34,410 nt of DNA from Saprolegnia diclina VS20 (lineage: Eukaryota): positions 208,207-242,616 of the forward strand of contig NW_008246101.1 of assembly GCF_000281045.1 (NCBI RefSeq). Reading direction: 5' to 3'. Below, piece by piece: positions 1 through 9,329 of this stretch (positions within the stretch are counted from its first letter, which is position 1; every line of letters begins with the position of its first letter). Made by a program: the position numbers and the translations under genes. The notes under the pieces were generated by a model. The model had not been told where the DNA came from, ran no database searches, and saw only the letters and a program-made list of their open reading frames with translations.

Positions 1-380
1 TAGCCAAAGATCGGGACGCAGTCCGTGAGCATGCCAAAGAAGACCTTGAACGACCACCCGAGGGTCATGAGCGTGCCCGCCGAGTTGAGAATGTTGGGGG
101 GGAGCTGGTAGTACGCCGTCAAGAACGGATACCCAATCGCGTTCGTGCCACCGAGGACGACGCCAACCACCGCGTACTGGAAGAGGAAAGCGAGAATCTC
201 GGGCGACGTGTAGACGAGCGCGCCGCCTTCACGGAGGGCACCACCGTCTGGGGCAGTGTCGGCTTCGAGGTCGCCAGGCGTCTTGACAGGCGTGTAGTCG
301 TCGCCCGAGACGGGCTCGATCGACGCCCGGGCATAAGAGAGCCGCTCGCCGAGCGGCAGACCATCCTTCGGCTGCACCAT
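1..380 (-). CDS. Folate-biopterin transporter (FBT/BT1 family, MFS), 5' part; runs off the window edge
   Basis: Manual translation from ATG at 380: MVQPKDG...GGALREGGALVYTSPEILAFLFQYAVVGVV...LGWSFKVFFGMLTDCVPIFG(Y). The WSFKxxFGxLTDxxPIFGY motif is characteristic of the BT1 family. Absent from the ORF track because the stop lies outside the window. Confidence 0.85.
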   Translation of the reverse strand, partial: MVQPKDGLPLGERLSYARASIEPVSGDDYTPVKTPGDLEADTAPDGGALREGGALVYTSPEILAFLFQYAVVGVVLGGTNAIGYPFLTAYYQLPPNILNSAGTLMTLGWSFKVFFGMLTDCVPIFG

Positions 381-396
381 GAGGAAACAAGGCGGA

Positions 397-410
397 GAAA
401 TCAAAAATGA
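397..410 (-). promoter_or_regulatory. Oomycete Inr+FPR core promoter element for the FBT gene
   Basis: Minus strand TCATTTTTGATTTC fits the TCATTYBNNNWTTY consensus, 16 nt upstream of the ATG. Confidence 0.6.
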
Positions 411-1409
411 CGAGCAAGAAGGTTCCTACGCGCTGTACAGCTCTCATAGGGGACCGGTAACCACCTTCTGAGTCGACCGCCGCATCTCGCGGGATTAGTT
501 TGTTTACTTACGTAGCCGAGTTACCTTCATACGCGACTGGATGGATCGCGTCCCAGATGTGGTCGACTTGGCTTGTGGATGTATCCTAAACGTGGTTCCA
601 CGAGGAGCGGTCCCTCTGAGAAGCACCCGTCGCACGTTCGGAAAGTCTGATAACGCGTTCTAGTCTAGCCTCAGCACTGGACAACGTCGTGCACGAGCTC
701 ACATACGAGGAGACGCGTCGAGAAAGCACCGCACTCGTGTTGAGCAGCCAGTGTAAGCGAACCAAACGACTCGTTATGGGAATAAGAACTGATGAATGAC
801 TTGCCGACCCGGTTCACGAGTGTCCAAGTTACAAAAGACGACACCCACACGCGCTTCGTCCCACTTATGCGTTGCCAGCATTCTCACCAAAATGGCACGG
901 ATGCTGCATATTCAAGTCAAATCATTAGTTGTTACTCGACCGTTTGTGGATGATTCAAGTCCAGAACTCCCAGCGTGGCCTTTCTACGAGGAACCCAAAA
1001 GATTAATAAGTCGAATTGGACGTTTGGGCTCTTGATTTCACCTTGCTAGATATTGAGTCGTGCGAGCCTCAGTAGTTGAAACCTAAACCGTACGCTATGG
1101 TCACCATTTTGTGGCCACCGAGCATGTCCTTGGCCAAATAGACCCCAATAATATTGGACCGACGACGAATGTATGTATCCTACTCGTGGTCACCAACCTC
1201 AACCCTAAGCGAATCAAAGGTAGCCAATCTCGAATGCGTGGCACAAGCAGATCTGGGCGCACTACCACAGTAGTCACCGGAAGAACGGGTTGACGCGGTT
1301 GCCGTGCACACTGCGTCGACGAGCGTCGGATCGGTCGAGCCGATCAAGGACCGGTCCAAGCAGCAACAACGCTTCTCATTACATTCGTAGTTGAATCAGA
1401 CGATCGCCA

Positions 1410-3544
1410 CTACCAGATCGCTGCACGCTCGTCTTCAGGCAAATACATGGCGTCGCCTTCTTGGATATCGAACGCGGCGTAGAATTCCGGGAGGTTCTTG
1501 AGTGGCGCAAAGCTGCGGAGGAAGCCCGGGCTGTGCACGTCCACCGAGAGGAGCTTGAGCGCTTGTTCGTCGCGGTCGATCGACGCCCAAAACTGGCCCC
1601 ACGCGAGGAAGAAGCGCTGCTCGGGCGTGTACCCATCGAGAAGGTCGTCCGGACGGCCGTGTTTGGCCAAGTAGAGCTGCAGCGCACGGTATGCGATCTT
1701 GACGCCGCCAATGTCGGCAATGTTCTCGCCAAGCGTCAACTGGCCGTTCACGGGCCGGCCGAGCACTTCATACTTGCTGAACTGGTCGACAACGACTTGG
1801 GTGCGCGCGTTGAACGCCGCCGCGTCCTCCTACATTCCACAACCATCAAAATTCCCTACGAACATATCAACTCTGTATCAGTCGTACCGGCGTCCACCAT
1901 TCCGAGAGGTTGCCGGCCGCGTCAAAGAGGCGCCCTTGGTCGTCAAAGCCGTGCGTCATTTCATGGCCAATCACAGCCCCGATCGCGCCAAAGTTCATGG
2001 CCATGTCGCGGTCCAGCTACATGTTTCAATCTATCAATGTATCAAGCACGTCGAACGCACCGAGAACGACGGCGACTGGAGGATCGCGGCCGGGAACACG
2101 ATCTCATTGGCCATCGGGTTGTAATACGCGTTGACCATTTGCGGCGGCATCTCCCACTTGTGCTTCTGCACCGGCGCGTCCACGCGGCGGACAATGTTTT
2201 CCGCAAACATGAAGCGCTGCATCGCGAGCACGATCTCGACGTAGCTGCCTTCGAGGTGCAAGGCCGAAAAGTCGGTCCAAACATCCGGGTACCCAATCTT
2301 GGTGACGATCGCATCGAGCTTCTCAAGCGACTTGGCCTTGGTCGCCGGCGTCATCCACGTCAAGTCCTGGAGCGACAGCGCAAGCGCTTCCTTGAGGCAG
2401 CCCACAAGCTCCAGCATCGCCGTCTTGGCGGTCGGCGGGAAGAACGCCGCGCAGTAGACCGCGCCCATGAGCTCGCCACACGTCTCGTTGAGCGTGTTGA
2501 CGACGCGCTTCCAGCGCGCCGAAAGCTCCTTCGCGCCCGAGAGTGCCTTGGACAAGGCAAAGGCTTCGTTCACGTACACCTAAATATCAATGTATCAGTT
2601 GGTCCTGTGAAAATATCAAGAAAAATAGGACGCACCGACGGCAGGTACGAAGCGAGCGCCTTGAGTACGTGCCAGGACGCGTACTGCTTGTACGCGTCCA
2701 AATGCGCTTCAATGTCGTCGGCGAGGAACGTAAACATCTCGGGCGTCGCGACGATCGCAAAGCCCGGCACGTCGAGGCCGTAGCCGCGGAACACGGCCGC
2801 CCACGGGAACGCCGCCGCCTCCAACTCGTCGGGCGTCTGCTTGTTGTAGAGCGACGCAATGTCGCGCATCGCAGTCCGCGTGCGCGAGGTTGCCGCAAGC
2901 CGGCGCTCGACGGCGACGACCGACGTGGCGACGGCCGATGCATCGTCGTGTGGGCGGAAGAGCGACCACATGGCCGCGACATGCGCCTCGTACGCAGCGA
3001 GCTTCTCGGCCTTGTCGGCGTCCGTGTAGTAGTCGCGGTCCGGGAGCCCGAGGCCGCCCTGGGCAAAGAAGAGCCGCTCGGTCGTCGAGTCCTTCATGTC
3101 GGGCAGCACGGCGGCATCAAAGAGCACGCTGAGGCCTTGCGTGTGGAGGTACCCAATGGCCTCGATGAACGAGTCGCGGTCGGTCGCGTCCGCAATGCGG
3201 GCCAAGAGCGGGTCCAGGGCCGCCGTGCCCGCGGCCTCGACACCGGCCTCGTCCATGGCCGCCTGCCAGAAGCGGGCGATCTGGCCCTCGCACGTGCTCG
3301 CGTCGAGCGTATCGATCTCTGCGACCTTGGCTTCGCAGAGTCCTTTCACGTCGTCAAGCACTTGGTCGCGCAGCTTGTAGAAGACGCCCCACGCACTGTA
3401 CTCGTCCGGAATCGGGTTGCGCTGGGTCCACTTGCCCCACGAGAAGGCCATAAAGTCGTCGCGCGGGTTCGCATCCCGGTTCATGTCATCGAGCTGAAGG
3501 CCCGAGTGGGCGGCGGCGCAGCAGCAGAAGCGAGGCGGTGACAT
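1410..3544 (-). CDS. M13 family (neprilysin/PepO-like) zinc metallopeptidase, about 658 aa, 4 exons
   Basis: Exons 3544-2636, 2579-2061, 2016-1888 and 1829-1410 join in frame via GT-AG introns. Motifs: [39 protein letters not shown] (HExxH), GENIAD (ExxxD), DVHSP. Confidence 0.95.
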
Positions 3545-4923
3545 GGCTAAAGTCGAAATGACGTCCGAAGGCCGAGGCCTCGGCGTCCGTGGGACGATTC
3601 ACCCACGTGGCCTTTTTAATTCGCTTGTTCAGTACATGGTCATCGAACTTTGGCCAATCAAAATGCGTAAATCTTGGTCCAAACTACTTGAAAGAGTGAA
3701 TGAAGACCACCCAAGATCGTGAAATCAGGGATGCCCGTGGAGGCCGCACGCGACGATGCCCGCACGCGCTCATGACAGAATATATGTACAAAGGATTAGA
3801 CATAGAGGTATATAATAGACTATTCGATTCTTGTTGTCGCGGCCTTGACGCTCGCCGAAGTCGTCAGTTGGACCTTGGACTGACGAAGAGACGACGAAAG
3901 TGATGCTGGGGCAGAGTGACGGTTGCGATAGACACTGCCGAGCACGGCCATGGCGCTTCCACGATGGGTATCTCATTTGCTACCTCGACCAGTGTTGATA
4001 GTCGGCGGCACGAATAACATACTAGACCGACTGGACTCGTAAATGCAGTTATCGAGTCCCTTGCAACACCTCGACACTATTACTCTTGTGCGATAGTAGG
4101 AGGAGAGTGTACCCATCGTGTACCTTCTTGAACGTCGATCGACAACACTCGTTACTGAGACGAGCTCCAAGGATCTCCATATACTTGAATGCTCCGAGTC
4201 GACAGGGAATGCCTACCTCGTATGTTATCTTCACTAAGACCGCTACTGAGCCTGAGAAATAACCACGTTGACTGCGGTCCGGCCGTCTTCGATACAGTAC
4301 TACCGGTAGTTAGGACACTAGACATGTGAGCGCTATAACTAGTTTCGTGCGTCTAGCATTCTCGTACCACACACGATGGAGGTTGGTGCATCCAGATCAA
4401 GAGTATTTATGTACTCTTGATCCAGATGAACCTCAGTATTTGAAGCCTCGACTCCCCCGGTCACGTACGAAAATCATGCTGGAGTTGCCAAGTTCGCAAG
4501 GCTTTTGCTGCGCCTCTCACACAGTGCGGGTTCCCGACGTCTGTGGAGCAGATCGCACTGGACGGACCCCCTCACCAGACTGTTTGCCATTCACGCTGCC
4601 ACGTCATTAGGAAATTAACACAGGACAATCTCGTCTCGTATGAAAATACGTTTTTACACGGGCAATCAACGCCTTGAAAATATTTTCGGCCATTGGCTTT
4701 TGGAACTAGCGACGCCGAGCGTGGCAGCCCGAGCGACGAGAGCGATGGAGCCTCCAAGAGCGCAAAAGCGCGCCGCTTCGAGCGCCTTTGCCACGACGCA
4801 GCCTCGCAGATGACGCCTCTCCAGCGATACAAACTCCAAGTACACGGCGCGCGGCGAAGGCTTGAACGCCTTTACAGCCCTCGGCGGCGCAAGTGATCTT
4901 GATGCTTCAGAAAACGAATTCGC

Positions 4924-6390
4924 ATGTCCCTCTACGACCCGCTCTACCACCAGAAGCGAGCTGCAAAGCTCGCCGAGGCCAAGTTGGCGGCCGAAGATGC
5001 CCTCATGCGAAAGCCAAGCCCGACGGCGGCGACGAACCTCGGTTCGCGTGCCACCGCGTTCGGGCGCAGCAAGACCCCGACGGTTGTCCGCCAGCGCGCG
5101 GCTCCAACTGTCCCGGTGACTGCGCGATCGACGATTCGGTCGACGCAAACGCCCGCCACGACGGCGGTGCAACCTCTGACGGCAAGCAGCCGCACCTCGA
5201 CCACCGCCGCGCAGCGTCGCACACCGGTGACGAGCGTCGCGACTGCTCCGTCAAGTACCACCACGGATGCCACGCCTGCTAGCGCGGCATCGACGACCAC
5301 GACTGAGGCGATCCTCGGTCAGCTGCGTTCGGAAGTAGCAACTCTCCAAGCGCAGGTCGTCACCCTCCAAGCCAGCCTCAACGCGTCGATGGACACGGCC
5401 AAGACACGCACCTCGGAGCTTGATCTTGCCCATGCCCAGCACGACGCTGATCTCGAGACGCTTGGAACTCAACTTCAGGCCACCCGGGATGTCGTTGCGC
5501 ATCTCGAGGAATCACTCGAAGTTTCGGAGCACGCAACTGCGACCGGTGCCTCGGACCTCGCTCTTGCTCGCTCGGAGCTCGCTGCATCCCGAGCGCAGCA
5601 CGACGACGACATCAAGGCCCTCAAGGGCAACCTTGAGGAGGCGCGTCAAGCGGCTTTGGCCGGCGCCTCGGAGCACGAAGCGGTCGTCAAGGCGCTCCAA
5701 GCCGATTACGAGAAGGCGCTGGCCGCCAAGGGTGCAGAGTTCCGAGACAAGTACGAAGACGCAGTACGCGGCCGTCGTGTGGTATGCCCTGCTTGCAGCG
5801 ACGTCGATGAATCGAGTCAGTGGACCGTCCTTAATGGGCCGCTTCTCGAAGACACGGACTTTGACAGCGACATGGAGGTGGTTCTGGGTGAACCACCAGC
5901 ACCGCCAGAGCTGGTCGCAGCCGCAGAGCTCGAAGCAGAACGCAAGGCTTACGAGGCGCTCAAAGCGCAAGCCGACGACGCAGCCGCCCGCGCCGCATCG
6001 AACGAGCTGCGCCTCGAGAACAAGATCTTGAAGCTCATGACGACCATCAACGATCTCTCGGCCGGTGTCAACGCGCTCTCGTCCGACAAGTCGGAGCTCG
6101 CAGCGGCCAAAGCGAAGCTCCAGGAGGAGACGACAAACCTCCTGGCGCGCGTAGCCGCCTTGGAAACGGCGCTGCAGACGCAGAAGACCGACGCCAAGAC
6201 CGACATGCAGGCGCTCGAGACGCGGGCGGTCACGGCCGAAGCCGCTCAAGAAGCCAACGCGACGACGATCCGGGAGCTGCAAACCACAATCGAAGGACTC
6301 TCGACGAGCGCCCTCTTCAAGCGTACGCAAGAGCTCTCGAAACAAATCCGGGACCTCGAGACACAGCTGCACCGACTTGGGTACGACTAG
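4924..6390 (+). CDS. Uncharacterised protein: Thr/Ser-rich N-terminus followed by long coiled coil
   Basis: 488-aa ORF with host-like codon usage and heptad-rich A/E/L/K composition from about residue 130. A possible in-frame 39-nt intron lies at 5782-5820. Confidence 0.75.
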   Translation: MSLYDPLYHQKRAAKLAEAKLAAEDALMRKPSPTAATNLGSRATAFGRSKTPTVVRQRAAPTVPVTARSTIRSTQTPATTAVQPLTASSRTSTTAAQRRTPVTSVATAPSSTTTDATPASAASTTTTEAILGQLRSEVATLQAQVVTLQASLNASMDTAKTRTSELDLAHAQHDADLETLGTQLQATRDVVAHLEESLEVSEHATATGASDLALARSELAASRAQHDDDIKALKGNLEEARQAALAGASEHEAVVKALQADYEKALAAKGAEFRDKYEDAVRGRRVVCPACSDVDESSQWTVLNGPLLEDTDFDSDMEVVLGEPPAPPELVAAAELEAERKAYEALKAQADDAAARAASNELRLENKILKLMTTINDLSAGVNALSSDKSELAAAKAKLQEETTNLLARVAALETALQTQKTDAKTDMQALETRAVTAEAAQEANATTIRELQTTIEGLSTSALFKRTQELSKQIRDLETQLHRLGYD

Positions 6391-6535
6391 CGACGACTAA
6401 CTCTTTTGGAATACGTGTTTTGCATAAGATCGTAGTTGTAGTTCAATCTAAGTTGGATACTGTTGCCACCAACACCCGCGACAAGGTGCGCAGAGCTCCC
6501 AAACGAAGCAGTGCCGGATGGCGCACTTGCCGCTG

Positions 6536-6627
6536 TGTCACACAGTGTTCGAGACAGTGTTTTGTCCGATGCACAGTTTAACAGTGCATTGAAGGAATAC
6601 AGTGTTTCGGACTGAAACACTGTTTCC
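6536..6627. repeat. Cluster of ACAGTG(TT) motifs ending in a 10-bp inverted repeat
   Basis: ACAGTGTT at 6542, 6554 and 6599, ACAGTT at 6573 and ACAGTG at 6581. ACAGTGTTTC (6599-6608) pairs with GAAACACTGT (6614-6623). Confidence 0.65.
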
Positions 6628-6674
6628 AACAAAGGCACTCGCATGACAGCTTGGTGGTGTGGTATATATATGTA

Positions 6675-7800
6675 CTACAACAAGTGCTGGATCCTCGAGA
6701 ACTCTCCAATTGCTGCGTTGAAGGAAGGGTAGATGGTGCCGTGGACATCGTGCTCGTAGTCAGGGTGCTCGCCAAAAAAGACTTTGGCGGCGCCAAAGAC
6801 GGACACGTTTGCTCTGCGGTACGCACATGCCGACTGCAGCATCGAGAACGCAAAGCCCTTTGCTACTTGGCAGGTATGCTGTCGGGATTGCAGGGTACGA
6901 ATATGTACCTGGAACGGTCGGCGAGCTTGGAAAGAACCCAAGGCGTAAGAGTACGGACGCAGGCTTGCAAGCGCTGCAAAGGACTTGGACTTTCTCGCTG
7001 CCGTCGTACCCGTGCAGCAGCACTTCCATTGGCTTCGCGCGCGCTGAGCGCGTGGTCCCACAGAGACACGGCACAGATCGCAGCGCCGGGCGCAAAATGG
7101 GGCAGCCCTTCGCATCAACGATGTTGTGTGCGTACGGTGCGTGGTCGACCGCATGCCCGTAGCAAAAGACAGCGTTCGTCGAGAAGTACTTGCACGTGTG
7201 GCACACGTACGTTGCTGGGTGTGTACACGTACCGGTATTGCAACGAGCCCCCGGGCGAACCAGCGGGGTCGCCCAGTCCGCGACATCTTTGACGCTCTCA
7301 ACGAGGAGGTCGCGCCACGCATTGGCGGCGATACCGCGTGCATTCGCGCGTCGTTTGTCGTTGTGGAGCTTGCGCATCTCAATCGACGGCTTTGTGGTGT
7401 CGTTGATATGGCGCGCGCCGTCCGCTTCGTCTGGCTCTTCGTCATCGTGCCCACCCCCGTCGTACCCGGCGTCTGCCGACTTACCCGCGACGTCCCAGTC
7501 GGCGGCAGTGTTCTCAACCCAGTGCTCGGTGTAGGCGTCGTGGTTTTGCTGCGCGTGGGCGCCCTGGCAATCGCAAGACTCGTCCACATAGGGCTTGGGA
7601 TCCGGCCCTTCGCACAGAGCCAAATCGGTGCGACGCTTGCGAACGCTCAGGCCGCTGGCGTCGACAGCGGCGACGACCCTCTTGAAGAGGGGCATGTCGA
7701 CTGGGGGGATTGGTCCATGTCGGCGCTCGTGTTCTTTCACCATTTCCTCGTACGTGGGTGTGCCGGCGAGGCCCTTGCGCTTCTTCGTCCGCTTGGACAT
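6675..7800 (-). mobile_element. KDZ (Kyakuja-Dileera-Zisupton) transposase-derived gene: CxC cysteine-cluster domain without the catalytic domain, about 359 aa, 2 exons
   Basis: Exons 7800-6909 and 6862-6675 (46-nt GT-AG intron). The spliced product has RCNTGTCTHPATYVCHTC...FCYGHAVDHAPYAH, then CSACKPASVLLLRLGFFPSSPTVPAKGFAFSML. This resembles the LLxxGxFPxSPxxPxxxF signature of KDZ-associated CxC domains. The ORF stops at ...FNAAIGEFSRIQHLL*. Confidence 0.7.
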
Positions 7801-7859
7801 CGAGGCGGCTGAAACTGAAACTGATTGATCTACAATCAGGTTCAGTTTCAGCCTCCTCG
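7801..7859. repeat. 27-bp inverted repeat (2 mismatches, 5-nt loop)
   Basis: CGAGGCGGCTGAAACTGAAACTGATTG (7801-7827), loop ATCTA, then CAATCAGGTTCAGTTTCAGCCTCCTCG (7833-7859). Confidence 0.9.
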
Positions 7860-8061
7860 CTTAACACGGTTATCGCTGTAGTTAGTCGACCAGTCGTTCT
7901 GGCGGCGATTGTGGCGGTGGATTTTGGTGCAACTTGAAGTTGCACCTTCTCGAGTTGCACGGTGTCGGTTAGGAAAACGCACGGTATCCGTAAGAAGCCT
8001 ATCGTATCCGGACCATTTACCTTCCCGTCATTTTCTGCCAGCGCTTCCAAGCAGCAGCAGC

Positions 8062-8912
8062 ATGCTTCCGCCGAGCTTCAACGCCCATGATGGCTTCCTC
8101 GTGCCCGGGAGCTACGACATTGCCAACCTGCTCTCGGGGCGGTCGCTCAAGGCGCGGCCCCATGACGTCTTTGTCTGCTCGTACCCGGACTGCGGCAACG
8201 ACTACGTGCTCCGGATCGTGTATGGCATCTTGCACAACGACGTGGCGCCGATACCGCCGCCCGAGACCGTCGTGCCGCACCTCGAGCGCGTGGGGAAGGA
8301 GGTCGCCGAGCGCATGACGGCGAAGGACCACGCGCGCCTCTTCAAGACGCATTTGCCGAGCAAGTGGACGCCGGCCCACGACGCTGCTAAGTACATTTGC
8401 GTCGGGCGAAATCCCAAAGATACGTCCGTGGCCCACTACTACCGCACGCGCGAGTACGTCGAGGGCTACCACTACGAGAACGGGCAATGGGATGACTACT
8501 TTGAGCTCTTCCTCGCGGGCCAGGTGCCATGACCGTCGCGTCTTCAAGGCGATCATGCGGTGTGTAGGTCGACTTTGGCGACTACTTCGACTTTTTCGTG
8601 CCCTGGTTCCAGCGCAAGGACGAAGACAACGTGCTCTTCCTGACGTACGAGTACCTTGCGGACGAGACGCGCGACGCGATCTTGCGCATTGCGCGCTTCC
8701 TCGGCGACGACTATGAAGATCGGCTCTTGGAGCACCGCGAGGAGCGGCTCCATGTCATTGTCGACGCGCTCGAGAACGTCAAGGCGCCGCTGATCCAGCT
8801 CGGCGACTGGAAAACGCTCTACTCGGCCGACCAAAGCGAGCGCATGCTCGACAAGTTCCACGAGAAGACCAAGGGTACCGGCGCCCAGCACATGTGGGCC
8901 GACCTCATGTAA
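8062..8912 (+). CDS. Cytosolic sulfotransferase-fold protein (Sulfotransfer_1) with degenerate PAPS motifs, about 268 aa, 2 exons
   Basis: Exons 8062-8523 and 8568-8912. Family motifs: RPHDVFVCSYP, RLFKTHLP, AKYICVGRNPKD, GQVDFGDYFD, NVLFLTYE, RIARFLG, GDWK. Confidence 0.85.
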
Positions 8913-9329
8913 GCGGCCGCCTCTACCTTCTCCTCCTTCTCGTCTTCTTGTCGTACGCATCGAGGATTGATGGCGTCTAGTAGGAATACGCAGGAGTGAG
9001 CATCGCGAGATGCGTAGTTGGTCGTTGTGCTAACCGAGGCTAGTCGACTCTTGATGCGTCTACTCGTGTTGCTACTACAGGAAGGGCGATGCGAGCAGCT
9101 CTGGTGGAGCTGCAAGGCGCTCGCCTCTGCAGCGGCGCAGGCCATGGCAGCGTGGGCGGCCGTTGGTGCTCGCGCAGCGCCGGGAGCCAAGGGCAGCAAG
9201 CCTGGTTCGGTCGCTCTGGTCCTGGCGTCGGTGGGATTTTCGTGTGAATTCGTCGAGTTCTATTTCACCGTGGTTAACTACACTGGTAACGGCTTGGGGC
9301 ATGGCGGCAGGCCTCGTCCGGTGACCATC

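Noticed and set aside
450..1400. About 1-kb intergenic region with short ORFs
   Set aside because: The ORFs lack host codon bias and motifs, and I found no tRNA, rRNA or repeat structure. It is treated as FBT upstream sequence.
1461..3541. Long plus-strand ORFs (440 and 332 aa) opposite the M13 gene, and similar antisense ORFs elsewhere (e.g. 9893-11560, 18928-20858)
   Set aside because: These are shadow ORFs caused by high GC3 codon bias on the real coding strand. They show no recognisable motifs.
5782..5820. CPAC between two coiled-coil arms, resembling a Rad50 zinc hook
   Set aside because: The motif lies inside a plausible in-frame 39-nt intron (GTATGC...CAG), and there are no ATPase motifs. 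It cannot be supported without cDNA.
6541..6547. CACAGTG as a RAG/Transib recombination signal
   Set aside because: There is no nonamer at 12/23 spacing, no matching opposite terminus and no Transib transposase in the window.
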